Assembly (NCBI RefSeq): GCF_000253055.1
Contig: NC_016070.1
Coordinates: 390,001 to 422,000 of the forward strand
DNA length: 32,000 bases
Source: Thermoproteus tenax Kra 1
GTDB taxonomy: Archaea > Thermoproteota > Thermoprotei > Thermoproteales > Thermoproteaceae
Direction: 5' to 3'
Both the position numbers and the translations under genes were made by a program. Of the stretch, positions 15,044 to 24,762 are shown piece after piece. The notes below the pieces were generated by a model. It was not told where the DNA came from, searched no databases, and worked only from the letters and a program-made list of their open reading frames with translations. The first letter of the stretch is position 1. Each line of letters starts with the position of its first letter.

Positions 15044-16080
15044 AAGAACGCGTCTAGCGACGACGTCCTAGATCTGCTGAGCGCCTTCCTCAGCCTCTCG
15101 AGCCCTTTCTCCACCCTCTCTCTGCTGAAGTCGTGCTCCTCAACCAAGATCCGGTACACTTCGGCCACGTCGGGCTCTCTGAACTCCACCCTGTAGTTGT
15201 CCGTCGCGGGCGGGCTCAGAAACATCCTCTTTATCTCCAGGGGATCCACGGGCCACTCCACGGCCTTCAACACTGTCCTCAATGCGTTCTCCAGAGAGCC
15301 GTGCTCTTGTATTATCTTCAACGCCCTCTGGGGGCCGACGCCGGGGACTCCGTCGGGGTTGTAGTCGGTGCCCAAGAGTATCGCCAAGTCGATCAACTGC
15401 TCTCTGGACTTCAGCTTGAGCGCCCTGAGCGCAGACTCAAGCTCTATCACCTCCGGCGGCACTTCCACATACTCCTCGCCGACTTTCCTCCGCGAGGAGA
15501 CAGCCAGGTTTCTGACCAACCTGGGTGCGCCGAAAAGCAGCGAGTCGTAGTCCTGGCTCCCGGCCCCCCAGGCCGACCCTTTGGCCGCCATATGGGCGGC
15601 CTGCGCCTCGCCCTCGCTCGGAGCCTGGACCCACGGGATCCCCATGGCCGTCAAGAGGGCCTTGGCGTCCTCGGCCATAGAGTCGGTGATGTAGACGACC
15701 CTTTTGGCGTACTTGGCGACCTCCTCGGTCTTCCCCTCGGCGGCGGCCTTCGCCATCTGCTCCCTGGCCTTCTCCTTGGCGGCCCTCCTGGCCTCGATCT
15801 CCCTTCTCTTGAGCTCGGGCGGCTTTCCGTCGAAGACGTAGACCGGCCTTATGCCTGCCTCCACCAAGTTTATGGTTCTATAGAAGAGCCCGTTGAGATG
15901 GCTGGTGACTCTGCCCCGAGAGTCCATAAGCGGAGTCCCGTCGGGCTGCCTAATGGACGCCAGAAATTGATAGAGCGCATTGTAGGCGTCGAGCGCTATG
16001 ACGCGCCCGGACAGCTGCTCGAGCTTGAGCTCTTTGCGCGCCTCTTTGGGTATAAGCTTGCCGAGCTCAGTTACTCCCAC
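15040..16080 (-). CDS. fen: Flap endonuclease 1
   Basis: 346 aa. MGVTELGKLI...IALDAYNALYQFL...VYVFDGKPPELK, then the H3TH region and a C-terminal PIP-like LDAFF. Confidence 0.93.
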   Translation of the reverse strand: MGVTELGKLIPKEARKELKLEQLSGRVIALDAYNALYQFLASIRQPDGTPLMDSRGRVTSHLNGLFYRTINLVEAGIRPVYVFDGKPPELKRREIEARRAAKEKAREQMAKAAAEGKTEEVAKYAKRVVYITDSMAEDAKALLTAMGIPWVQAPSEGEAQAAHMAAKGSAWGAGSQDYDSLLFGAPRLVRNLAVSSRRKVGEEYVEVPPEVIELESALRALKLKSREQLIDLAILLGTDYNPDGVPGVGPQRALKIIQEHGSLENALRTVLKAVEWPVDPLEIKRMFLSPPATDNYRVEFREPDVAEVYRILVEEHDFSRERVEKGLERLRKALSRSRTSSLDAFF

Positions 16081-16112
16081 AGCTTGATTGAGCTCAATAA
16101 AAATATATGCTG

Positions 16113-16349
16113 CTACTGCCTCCTAATTATTTGATAGACGTCCTTTCCGCCCTTCACGACCCTCTTCACGTATATCTTTCCGTGAAGCTCCAGGACCATG
16201 AGCGCCTTTCTGACGTCGGCCTCTGTAATGTCGGGCCTGGCCCTCTTCAGAAGCTCCATGATTTCGTCGGAGGTCACTACCTCCTGCTTCCTCAGCTTGT
16301 AGAAAGTCTCTATTACGTCTTGCACCAATGCGACCGCGAGGCCCTTCAT
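16113..16349 (-). CDS. Small conserved-looking protein coupled to cdc48, possibly winged-helix
   Basis: 78 aa. Its ATG overlaps the cdc48 TGA (ATGA, 16346..16349). Helix-rich N-terminal half, then a beta-hairpin-like [17 protein letters not shown]. Confidence 0.55.
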   Translation of the reverse strand: MKGLAVALVQDVIETFYKLRKQEVVTSDEIMELLKRARPDITEADVRKALMVLELHGKIYVKRVVKGGKDVYQIIRRQ

Positions 16350-18538
16350 AGATAGAGAGGCGGCGTGGCTCTGGCCTTGGCCTCAGGCCTCATCTGCCTA
16401 GCTCTCTCAAGCCAGCCCTCGTAGAACTTCAACATGTCGGGCGTTATAGACGGCTTTACCTTTGCCAATGCAGACTCGAAGTGCCTCATGGCGACCTCTT
16501 TGGCGTTTATGTCCTCCCTCAAGGCCAGGAACGTGGCCTCTCTGACCACGAGCTCTATATCGGCGCCTGAGTAGCCCTCCGTGCGCCTCGCCAGCTCCTC
16601 CAAATCCACGTCCTTAGCCAACGGGACGTTCCTAGTGTGTATCAAGAAGATCTCCAACCTCGCCTTGAAGTCGGGCGGCGGAACGTAGATTATACGGTCG
16701 AAGCGTCCTGGCCTCAACAGGGCTGGATCCACGAGGTCCGGTCTGTTGGTGGCCCCTATGACGACTATGTTCTCCAGAGTCCTTATGCCGTCCATCTCAG
16801 CCAACATCTGAGCGACCACGCGCTCAGTCACAAAGGAGTCAGCGCCGAGACCTCTGGCGGACGCCAACGCGTCGATCTCGTCTATGAACACAACGCACGG
16901 GGCCGCCATTCTCGCCTTCTGGAATATCTCCCTCACCATCTTCTCCGATTCGCCGACCCACTTGGAGAATATCTCGGGCCCCCTCACGGCGATGAAGTTG
17001 GCGCCCGACTCTGTTGCCACCGCCTTGGCGAGGAGGGTCTTGCCTGTGCCGGGCGGGCCGAACAGCAGTATCCCCTTGGGGGCTCTGAGGCCAAACTTCT
17101 TGAATTTGTCGGGATACTTGAGGGGCCACTCCACGGCCTCGCGCAGCTCCTGTTTGACCTCGGCCAAGCCTCCTATATCCCTCCACTTCACCTTCGGCAC
17201 CTCTATGTGTATCTCGCGGAGGGCCGAGGGGACTATCTCCCTCATGGCGTCCAGGAAGTCTTGCATAGTGACTTTTATCTTCTCCAAGTTCTCCGCAGGT
17301 ATGACGGGCTGGTTCAAATCCACCAGGCCCTCCTGGATCGCCTTCCTCAAGGCCCTCATGGCCGCCTCCTTGGCCAAGGCGGCTATGTCGGCCCCAGTGT
17401 AGCCGTGGGTCATCTCGGCCAGCTTCCTCAGATCAACGTCGGGGGACAACGGCATATTCCTAGTGTGTATCTGGAGGATCTCGTAGCGGCCTCTTATGTC
17501 GGGCGGATTGATCCAGATCTCTCTGTCGAACCTCCCGGGCCTCCTCAACGCCGGGTCCACGGCGTCGGGCCTATTCGTCGCGCCTATTACGACTATCTGC
17601 CCCCTCTCCTGCAGACCGTCCATCAGAGTCAACAGCTGGGCCACGACCCTCTTCTCGACCTCCCCCGTCACCTCCTCCCTCTTTGGGGCTATGGCGTCTA
17701 TCTCGTCTATGAAGATTATGGCCGGGGCGTTCTTCTTGGCCTCCTCGAATATCTCCCTCAGCTTGGCCTCGGACTCGCCGTAGTATTTGGACATTATCTC
17801 GGGGCCGTTTATGGCTATGAAGTACGCGTTGGCCTCGTTGGCCACCGCCTTGGCGAGGAGGGTCTTGCCTGTGCCGGGCGGGCCGAACAAGAGTATCCCC
17901 TTGGGCGGCTCTATGCCCAGATGTTTGAACAGCTCGGGGTGCCTCAGCGGGAGCTCCACTAGCTCCCTTATCTTCTGTTTCGCCTCCTCCAGATCGCCGA
18001 TGTCCTCCCAAGTGACCGGCGGTATCTTCACTCCGGACACAGGCTTCTCGTAGATCTGCAACTGGGTGTCGTCGGTTATTATCAACACGGCGTTCGACGG
18101 CCTGGCTTGCACCACTTGGAACGTGAGAGGTTGGCTCAGTACATATATCTGGATTACGTCCCCCTCGACTAGGACATAGTCCCTCAGCCTCTGTTTGATG
18201 TACTGGAGGAAGTTCTGATCTACGGCGATCGTCATAGATATGGGCGCCAACTTTACGGCCTGCGCAGGCTTGGGATCGACCTTCCTCACTTTCACTGTCT
18301 CGTTCAACGAAACGTCGGCGTTCTTCCTCAAGATCGAGTTCATCCTTATGATGCCCTTCCCTCTGTCCTCGGGGAGGCCGTTCCACACCTTCGCCGCAGT
18401 CCTCCTACGGCCCATTATCTCCAGGACGTCCCCCACCATTATCCCGCTCTGCTCCATAACGTTGGGATCAAGGCGTACAATGGGCCTGTTGGCGTCTCTA
18501 GCCTTGCTCTCGGCCACCCTTAGCTCTATCCAGCTCAC
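16346..18538 (-). CDS. cdc48: CDC48/VCP-type AAA+ ATPase
   Basis: 730 aa. N-terminal double-psi barrel-like domain plus two AAA modules, each with [15 protein letters not shown] and a Walker B (IIFIDEID / VVFIDEID). Confidence 0.95.
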   Translation of the reverse strand: MSWIELRVAESKARDANRPIVRLDPNVMEQSGIMVGDVLEIMGRRRTAAKVWNGLPEDRGKGIIRMNSILRKNADVSLNETVKVRKVDPKPAQAVKLAPISMTIAVDQNFLQYIKQRLRDYVLVEGDVIQIYVLSQPLTFQVVQARPSNAVLIITDDTQLQIYEKPVSGVKIPPVTWEDIGDLEEAKQKIRELVELPLRHPELFKHLGIEPPKGILLFGPPGTGKTLLAKAVANEANAYFIAINGPEIMSKYYGESEAKLREIFEEAKKNAPAIIFIDEIDAIAPKREEVTGEVEKRVVAQLLTLMDGLQERGQIVVIGATNRPDAVDPALRRPGRFDREIWINPPDIRGRYEILQIHTRNMPLSPDVDLRKLAEMTHGYTGADIAALAKEAAMRALRKAIQEGLVDLNQPVIPAENLEKIKVTMQDFLDAMREIVPSALREIHIEVPKVKWRDIGGLAEVKQELREAVEWPLKYPDKFKKFGLRAPKGILLFGPPGTGKTLLAKAVATESGANFIAVRGPEIFSKWVGESEKMVREIFQKARMAAPCVVFIDEIDALASARGLGADSFVTERVVAQMLAEMDGIRTLENIVVIGATNRPDLVDPALLRPGRFDRIIYVPPPDFKARLEIFLIHTRNVPLAKDVDLEELARRTEGYSGADIELVVREATFLALREDINAKEVAMRHFESALAKVKPSITPDMLKFYEGWLERARQMRPEAKARATPPLYL

Positions 18539-18579
18539 GCGGAGAAGCCTATGGTACTTAAAAAGTTTAGTGTCGAGCT

Positions 18580-18858
18580 TTAGAAGCTAAGGCGGGAGAA
18601 GTACTCCAGCTCTATATTTCCTATGCCCTTGATAGAGCGCAGTATCTCCTCGACTTCGTCGGATGTGTACTCGTCCGACTCAGGATGTCTGATGTAGAGC
18701 TTCAGAGCGGTTATGCCGAAGCCTATGGGCTCCTCCTCTATCTTGTCCACTTTGTACTTAGGCTGAAGCCTCTGGACTATCTCCTGCTTCAGAGCGGCGA
18801 GGTTCACGTCGGCGCTGTCCGGCAGAACTCTGTATATCAACGCCACTTCGGCCGACAT
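18580..18858 (-). CDS. Translation elongation factor aEF-1 beta
   Basis: 92 aa. The pattern VLPDS..VNL..LK..I...L.....[19 protein letters not shown] is typical of archaeal EF-1beta. Confidence 0.88.
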   Translation of the reverse strand: MSAEVALIYRVLPDSADVNLAALKQEIVQRLQPKYKVDKIEEEPIGFGITALKLYIRHPESDEYTSDEVEEILRSIKGIGNIELEYFSRLSF

Positions 18859-18889
18859 AGGCCCGAGGTGTAAATCCCTATATAAAAAT

Positions 18890-19087
18890 TTACGGCCCCT
18901 CGAATCCGCAGACGGGGCACTTGTAGGAGATCCCCAACTTCCTGGACTTATAGCTCCTTATGATGGTGGCTTTGCCGCAGTTGGGGCAGACGAACTCGAC
19001 ACCTCGCTCCAGCGGGGCCAGAGACCAGTTGGTCATACTGTCGGCGGGAGGCTGGGGGCCATATATTTTGGCGCCTCTAATCGACAT
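18890..19087 (-). CDS. Zn-ribbon protein (COG2888-like) usually found next to EF-1beta
   Basis: 65 aa with CPNC...CPVC. It lies directly upstream of EF-1beta, as in many archaea. Confidence 0.75.
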   Translation of the reverse strand: MSIRGAKIYGPQPPADSMTNWSLAPLERGVEFVCPNCGKATIIRSYKSRKLGISYKCPVCGFEGP

Positions 19088-19152
19088 AGCCTTCCTGCAT
19101 CAACGCGTTTAAAAAGTTTACGAGAAACTTTATTACAGGTCCCATTTGGGCC

Positions 19153-20859
19153 ATGGATCTGCTGGCGCGAAGGCTGTTGTCGGTTAAAAACGCAGTGGGG
19201 CCCTCGGCGGGGCCCGACGGCTCAATATACTATCTCTCCGACTACACAGGCCAGTACCAGATCTGGAGGTTCGACTGGAGGAGACACGACGTCCTATTTC
19301 CGTGGGATGGCAGAGTCGGGGCCATGTCGATATCGCCGAGAGGACACGTGGCGTTCGCCGCAGACGTGGGAGGAGACGAGAGGTGGCGCATCTACGTGTT
19401 GGACGGCGATGAAGTCTCCGACGTCGCAACCGAGGGGTTCAACAATCTGGGGCCCTGGACGGAGGACGGCCTCAAGCTTGCCTACACATCCACTGTGGAG
19501 AGCCCCGCCGACTACTACCTCTACGTCTACGATAGAGCCACCGGCACCTCCGCCAGGCTTGCGGAGCTCTCCGGCATCAATGCGGCGGCCGACTGGTGCG
19601 GTGACGCAGTTTTGGTGGCCCACGAGGAGTCCTCCAGAGACGGCGATATATACTTGGTGGGAAGAGACGGCGTCAAGAATCTGACTAAACACTCGGGCGA
19701 GGAGAAGAACGCCTCGCCCAGATGTCTAGGCCACGGAAGGGTGGCCTACTTGAGCAACCGCTGGTCTGAGTATTCGGCCATAGCCTTGTTGGACTTGAAC
19801 ACGGGGGAGGCCAAGCCTTGGGTCCAGTTGGACAGAGAGATTGAGGCGTTCGACGTGTGGGAAAACTATATGGCCTACGTAGTCAACGAGGACGGCTACT
19901 CGGGGCTATATATAATGCACACGCCCACCGGCCTCACCCACAAGGTGGGCATACCGCCGGGGGTGGTCACCTCTCTGAGCTGGCGCTTCGGCAGATTGAC
20001 CTTCTCCCTATCTGGGCCTCAGATCGGCCACGAGGTCTTCGTCTACGGAGTGGAGGTCAGAAAGATAACAGAGTCGCCCAAGTACGGCCTCGACTTCTCT
20101 AAAAACGCCGTGCCCGAGGCAGTTAGGATCAAGGCGAGCGATGGCGTCGTTATACCCGTGCTGCTCTACAAGCCCTCCGCCCAGCCGCCCTATAAGGCCG
20201 TCTTCATCCTCCACGGAGGGCCCGAGAGTCAGGCGAGGCCGTACTTCGAGCCGTTGGCCCAGCTTCTGGTGCGGCTCGGCTACCTAGTGGTGGAGCCCAA
20301 CTTCAGAGGATCTACAGGGTATGGGAAGACCTTCGTCACATTGGACGACGGCGAGAGGAGGCTGAACGCCGTTAGAGATGTGGCGGAGGTAGCTGAGTGG
20401 GCGCAGAGACAGGGGTTCATCGCCGATAGGCCCTGCGTGATGGGCGGAAGCTACGGAGGCTATCTGACGCTGATGTCCCTCGCCTTGTACCCAGAGCTGT
20501 GGAAGTGCGGCGTCGAGATAGCGGGCATAGTCAATCTGGCTACGTTTTTAGAGCGGACTGCGCCGTGGAGGAGGAGGCACAGAGAGGCCGAGTACGGGAG
20601 GCTGGAGGACAGAGAGCTCCTCGCGAGGCTCAGCCCCATAACTTACGCCGACAAGATAGCTGCTCCGCTGTTGGTGGTGCACGGAGCCAACGACATAAGA
20701 GTGCCCGTCGGCGAGGCGGACCAGCTAGTGGCCAGGCTCAGAGAGCTCGGCAAAGAGGTGGAGTTCCTCCGCCTAGAGAACGAGGGACACGTCCTCTCCC
20801 CCTCGGCGCGTCCCCTAGTCTACGGCAAAGCTGTCGAGTTCATCAAGAGGCGCCTCTAA
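19153..20859 (+). CDS. S9-family serine peptidase (prolyl oligopeptidase / acylaminoacyl-peptidase type)
   Basis: 568 aa. N-terminal propeller-like repeats. C-terminal hydrolase with GGSYGGY (nucleophile Ser), GANDIRVP (Asp) and NEGHV (His). Confidence 0.88.
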   Translation: MDLLARRLLSVKNAVGPSAGPDGSIYYLSDYTGQYQIWRFDWRRHDVLFPWDGRVGAMSISPRGHVAFAADVGGDERWRIYVLDGDEVSDVATEGFNNLGPWTEDGLKLAYTSTVESPADYYLYVYDRATGTSARLAELSGINAAADWCGDAVLVAHEESSRDGDIYLVGRDGVKNLTKHSGEEKNASPRCLGHGRVAYLSNRWSEYSAIALLDLNTGEAKPWVQLDREIEAFDVWENYMAYVVNEDGYSGLYIMHTPTGLTHKVGIPPGVVTSLSWRFGRLTFSLSGPQIGHEVFVYGVEVRKITESPKYGLDFSKNAVPEAVRIKASDGVVIPVLLYKPSAQPPYKAVFILHGGPESQARPYFEPLAQLLVRLGYLVVEPNFRGSTGYGKTFVTLDDGERRLNAVRDVAEVAEWAQRQGFIADRPCVMGGSYGGYLTLMSLALYPELWKCGVEIAGIVNLATFLERTAPWRRRHREAEYGRLEDRELLARLSPITYADKIAAPLLVVHGANDIRVPVGEADQLVARLRELGKEVEFLRLENEGHVLSPSARPLVYGKAVEFIKRRL

Positions 20860-20888
20860 AGCTTTTAAACAGCCTCCTCAGCCCTGGC

Positions 20889-21782
20889 ATGATACCGCAG
20901 AGGGGGAAGGAGCTGGTGTCTCCCATAAGGCCCGTCTGGATCGAGACTGTATCTTGGCATACGTCTCTCGTCATGCAGATAGAGGCGATCCGCCTAATGA
21001 AGAGGACCAAATATCAAGAGATGGCCATTATAGACACGGTGGACTTCGGGAGGGCCTTGGTCTTAGACGGCTTTATTCAGTCCACGTACGCCGACGAGCC
21101 CTACTACCACGAGCCGCTCGTCCACCCGGCCATGGTGGCCCACGGATCGCCCGCGAGAGTCCTCATCTTGGGAGGCGGCGAGGGGGCGGCCCTCAGAGAG
21201 GCGTTGAAGTACAAGTCCGTCCGCGAGGTGGTCATGGTGGATATCGATGGCGATGTGGTGAAGGCGGCGAAGGAGCACCTTCCCGCCATGCACCAGGGAG
21301 CTTTCGACGACCCGAGGGCCAAGGTGTTGATAATGGACGGCCAAGCCTATGTGGAGGAGGCCCTGGCCAGGGGGGAGAAGTTCGACGTAGTGATAATGGA
21401 TCTCACAGACCCCTACGGGCCCGAGATAGCCCAGGGGCTCTACTCGGCCCAGTTCTTGGGCAAACTCAAGGCCCTTTTGGCGCAGGGCGGCATTGTGGTC
21501 ACGCAGGCAGGCGACTCCTTCTTCTTCGAGGAGGAGTACTCAAACGTTCTGCGGAACTTCGCCTCCGTTTTCAAATACGTCGCCGAGTACAATTTGTGGA
21601 TCCCGTCCTTCGGCTACGCAGTCAACTTCATCGCTGGGAGCGACTGGGTGGATCCAAGGGCGCTGAGCGCCGAGGAGGTAGACAAGCGGTTGGCCCAACA
21701 GGGCGTGTCCACTTTGTTCTACTCGGGCAGAGTGCACACGGCGTTGATGAACTTCCCCATATACAAGAAGTTCAGAGGGTAG
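20889..21782 (+). CDS. speE: Spermidine synthase / aminopropyltransferase
   Basis: 297 aa from ATG 20889. LDG..Q....DE..YHE.LVHPAM, ILGGGEGAALRE, VMVDIDGDVV, DLTDP. The ORF-track version (20499..) is an upstream extension that overlaps the peptidase gene. Confidence 0.9.
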   Translation: MIPQRGKELVSPIRPVWIETVSWHTSLVMQIEAIRLMKRTKYQEMAIIDTVDFGRALVLDGFIQSTYADEPYYHEPLVHPAMVAHGSPARVLILGGGEGAALREALKYKSVREVVMVDIDGDVVKAAKEHLPAMHQGAFDDPRAKVLIMDGQAYVEEALARGEKFDVVIMDLTDPYGPEIAQGLYSAQFLGKLKALLAQGGIVVTQAGDSFFFEEEYSNVLRNFASVFKYVAEYNLWIPSFGYAVNFIAGSDWVDPRALSAEEVDKRLAQQGVSTLFYSGRVHTALMNFPIYKKFRG

Positions 21783-22467
21783 AGCCCTTGGTCTTGGCCG
21801 AGAGCAACGCCTTGACGAGCTCGTAGTGTTTAAGCTCGTCGTACTCTATGGATTTTATCAACGCTCTGGCCAACGGATCTTGTATGTGGTATAAGGCCTC
21901 AATGCTCTCCCTCATCCCTCTCTCCTCCTCTGAGAGGGTCCTCAGCTCCTCCTCAGTCAGAGCGAGCTCATCGGCCTTTATCCTCCCTGCGAGATAATCG
22001 AGCAACGTGATCAAAATTTCGGCGTGGCGCAAGCTGTCCATGGCTATCTGCATAAATATGGAACGCGCCAGGGGGTTGCCTGATCTGTAGACCATGAGGA
22101 GCCCTTTGTTGGCAGTCTCTTGCTCTAGCTTTATCCGCTCCATTATGAGCAGATGTACGTTGGCCTCGACGTGGGCCGGGGCCTCCATGGCGTTCTTGAC
22201 AGCTTGCGCCAGATCGGCAAGCTCCAGGCTCGTCCCCGCCCTCCTCTCCAGATAGGCGTCGAGATAGGACTTGACTATAGACATAACTCGCTCGTTGGAC
22301 TCAATTTTGGCGGCCAACTCCCCTCCCCTCTTCCCGCTGACGTACAACGAGACGGCGGCTGCAGTGACGCCCAACACGCGGGCCGCCTCGTTTACGGAGA
22401 GGCCCCTTCTGACGAGCTCTCTGGCCACCACCGCCCTCAGAGCCGAGATGTACTTCTCCAACGACAC
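21772..22467 (-). CDS. HTH domain fused to a ferritin/rubrerythrin-like four-helix domain (putative regulator)
   Basis: 231 aa. N-terminal GLSVNEAARVLGVTAAAVSLYVSGKRG (HTH). C-terminal helices with E/H-containing motifs (MERIKLEQE, DSLRHAEIL, EERGMRESIE, EYDELKHYELV). GTG start. Confidence 0.6.
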   Translation of the reverse strand: MSLEKYISALRAVVARELVRRGLSVNEAARVLGVTAAAVSLYVSGKRGGELAAKIESNERVMSIVKSYLDAYLERRAGTSLELADLAQAVKNAMEAPAHVEANVHLLIMERIKLEQETANKGLLMVYRSGNPLARSIFMQIAMDSLRHAEILITLLDYLAGRIKADELALTEEELRTLSEEERGMRESIEALYHIQDPLARALIKSIEYDELKHYELVKALLSAKTKGSTL

Positions 22468-22537
22468 TTACCTCGAGCCGATCCGCTTAAAACTCTTCCT
22501 CTAAGCAAAAGATATATACTGATGGCTGGGCCGTGGC

Positions 22538-22969
22538 ATGTACAGAGTCTATGAGAGGAGTGTCCAAGTCCCCATAAGGATATCCAAGGGCGCAGACGAG
22601 CAGGCGAGGATCAGGAGGCTTGAGAGGTGGCCGAGGGAGAGCGGTCTCAGCCTCGTCCTCGACGAGTCTGGGAGCAACTTCAACAAACTGCTCCAGATGT
22701 ACGCGGCCGACTACGGGCTCCAAGTGGGCGAGAAGAAATGGGAGACGGACTCCTCGGGCGAGAACATAAGGGCGAGGCTCGAGGTGCCTCTGCTTAAGGA
22801 GGGGCAAGTCAAAGGGAGGGGGCTCATGGAGGCCACCATCCCCAAGAGTCCGACGGGCGAGGAGGGGAACAACTACGTGTTCACCGCCACAGTCAACTAC
22901 TCAATAGAGCTTGAGGACGACGTATTGGCCCAGGGGGCCTCCAGCGGAATGGTCGAGTTCACGCTTTGA
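22538..22969 (+). CDS. Hypothetical protein
   Basis: 143-aa ORF. The A/T box AAAGATATATAC lies about 20 nt upstream. No motif recognised. Confidence 0.5.
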   Translation: MYRVYERSVQVPIRISKGADEQARIRRLERWPRESGLSLVLDESGSNFNKLLQMYAADYGLQVGEKKWETDSSGENIRARLEVPLLKEGQVKGRGLMEATIPKSPTGEEGNNYVFTATVNYSIELEDDVLAQGASSGMVEFTL

Positions 22970-23004
22970 AGTTAAAGTATAAATAACGCCCTTTCCTTGA
23001 ACTT

Positions 23005-24411
23005 ATGCAAGTATCCCCCATCGTTAGTTATTCGACTGTTAGAGAGGTAAAAGGCCCCTTGTTAGTTATCGAGAGGACTCGGGGGGTAGCATACGGCGAG
23101 CTCGGCGAAGTGATAGGCCCAGACGGGGAGCCGCGGCGGGTCCAAGTGATAGAAGTGGGCACAGATTACGCGGTGGTCCAAGTGTTGGGCTCAACGTTGG
23201 GCCTCCCGGCCAAAGGATCGACCGTGAGGTTCTACGGAAAGACGTACAGACTGGGCGTAAGCGAGGAGCTTGTGGGCCGCATCTTGGACGGGAAGGGCCA
23301 GCCCCGCGACCATATGCCGTTGCCGCCGCCGCAGGACTTCAGAGACATTAACGGGGAGCCTCTGAACCCATACGCGAGAGAATACCCCGAGGAGCCCATA
23401 GAGACGGGTATATCCGCCATAGACGGCCTCTACACGCTCGTCAGAGGCCAGAAGCTCCCCATCTTCTCCGGCACTGGGCTCCCCCACAACATAATGGCGG
23501 CCCAAGTGGTCAGACAAGCCACAGTGAGGGGGAGCGAGGAGGGATTCGCCGTGGTCTTCGTTGGAATAGGTATCAGGAGCGAGGAGGCTATGTACTTCAT
23601 GGAGGAGTTCAGAAAGACCGGAGCTCTGAGGAGGGCTGTCGCCGTAATTAACCTGGCCTCCGACCCCGTCGCCGAGCGCATCCTCGCGCCCAGAGTCGGT
23701 CTGACCATCGCAGAGCACCTAGCGTGGGACTTGGGCTACCACGTGTTAGTCGTGATGACCGACATGACCAACTACGCAGAGGGCCTCCGCGAGCTCTCCT
23801 CGGGCAAGGGCGAGCTGCCGGGCAGACGCGGCTATCCCGGATATATGTATACAGATCTAGCCACTATATACGAGCGCGCTGGGAGGGCAAAGGGCCGGAG
23901 CGGGTCGGTGACCCAGTTCCCAATTTTGACGATGCCGCACGACGACATAACTCACCCGATCCCCGATCTGTCCGGATACATCACCGAGGGCCAGTTGGTG
24001 TTGAGCAGAGCCATGTGGGGCAAGGGCATCTATCCTCCGTTCGACGTAATAATGTCCCTCTCCCGTCTGGCCAAGGACGCCATAGGCGAGGGCAAGACAA
24101 GGGAGGACCATAAGGACGTCGCCAACACGCTCATTGCCGCATACAGCCGCGCCCTAGAGATCAGAAGCTTGGCCACGTTGGTGGGCGAGCGCAACTTGGG
24201 CTGGCGCGAGAGGCGCTACCTCCGCTTCGCCGACGCCTTCGAGCAAAGGTTTATCAAACAAGGCGTATACGAGCGGCGCACATTCGAGGAGACCTTGGAC
24301 ATAGGCTGGGACGTTATGTCGATACTCCCCGAGGACGAGCTGACCAACGCCAGGCCCGAGATCTCTGCGAAATACTACCGCAAGCACATATTCGAGTCGG
24401 TGAAGGTCTAG
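23005..24411 (+). CDS. atpB: A-type (A1Ao) ATP synthase subunit B
   Basis: 468 aa. Typical B-subunit sequence including [22 protein letters not shown] and [10 protein letters not shown]. Confidence 0.95.
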   Translation: MQVSPIVSYSTVREVKGPLLVIERTRGVAYGELGEVIGPDGEPRRVQVIEVGTDYAVVQVLGSTLGLPAKGSTVRFYGKTYRLGVSEELVGRILDGKGQPRDHMPLPPPQDFRDINGEPLNPYAREYPEEPIETGISAIDGLYTLVRGQKLPIFSGTGLPHNIMAAQVVRQATVRGSEEGFAVVFVGIGIRSEEAMYFMEEFRKTGALRRAVAVINLASDPVAERILAPRVGLTIAEHLAWDLGYHVLVVMTDMTNYAEGLRELSSGKGELPGRRGYPGYMYTDLATIYERAGRAKGRSGSVTQFPILTMPHDDITHPIPDLSGYITEGQLVLSRAMWGKGIYPPFDVIMSLSRLAKDAIGEGKTREDHKDVANTLIAAYSRALEIRSLATLVGERNLGWRERRYLRFADAFEQRFIKQGVYERRTFEETLDIGWDVMSILPEDELTNARPEISAKYYRKHIFESVKV

Positions 24412-24454
24412 TTTTTCCCTAGTTTTTCCCTAGGATTACCTGGGTATTACCTGG
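24409..24454. repeat. Two adjacent tandem duplications: TAGTTTTTCCC x2, then ATTACCTGG x2
   Basis: Read directly. 24409..24419 equals 24420..24430, and 24435..24443 equals 24446..24454. The first copy begins with the atpB stop codon. Each copy carries a T5 run, a plausible terminator. Confidence 0.9.
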
Positions 24455-24487
24455 CCAACTAATATAAGCGGGCTGAGTCATTATTCC

Positions 24488-24727
24488 ATGCCCAGGAATA
24501 AGGGGCAGGAGAAAATGTCGTTGATCTCGGTGCATGTCCCCAAGCGAATGTTGGAGGAGCTCGACGAGCTTGTGAGGAGGGGTATATATCCCAATAGGAG
24601 CGAGGCCATAAGGGCTGCTATAAGAGAGTTGATCTACAAGGAGTCGTTAAAGTCTGTGAGGCCGGCTCAAGAGCCAACGCCAGCCGACGACCAGAGCGAG
24701 GAGATAACGGTTTTACCGGGCCGTTAG
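24488..24727 (+). CDS. CopG/RHH-family DNA-binding protein
   Basis: 79 aa. LISVHVPKRMLEELDELVRRGIYPNRSEAIRAAIRELI is a classic ribbon-helix-helix. The A/T box AATATAAG (24461..24468) is about 24 nt from ATG 24488. Confidence 0.75.
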   Translation: MPRNKGQEKMSLISVHVPKRMLEELDELVRRGIYPNRSEAIRAAIRELIYKESLKSVRPAQEPTPADDQSEEITVLPGR

Positions 24728-24762
24728 AGGCCAAGTTCTTTAAAATCCTCTCCATTTTAGCC

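Noticed and set aside
15133-16134. 333-aa ORF on the plus strand
   Set aside because: It is entirely antisense to the well-supported fen gene. It has the Arg/Gly/Leu/Pro-rich composition typical of shadow ORFs in GC-rich coding DNA, and no motifs.
16637-17962. 441-aa ORF on the plus strand, plus other long alternative-frame ORFs at 16884..17402 and 17571..18386
   Set aside because: All lie inside cdc48, whose frame carries two complete AAA modules. The alternatives are low-complexity (R/G/P/L) shadow frames.
20499-20888. N-terminal 130-aa extension of the speE ORF as listed in the track
   Set aside because: The extension overlaps the 3' end of the S9 peptidase gene in another frame and is Arg/Gly-rich. 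ATG 20889, after the peptidase stop, gives a normal-length SpeE.
20954-21826. 290-aa plus-strand ORF
   Set aside because: It is an alternative frame of speE with extreme Arg/Gly content, so a shadow ORF.
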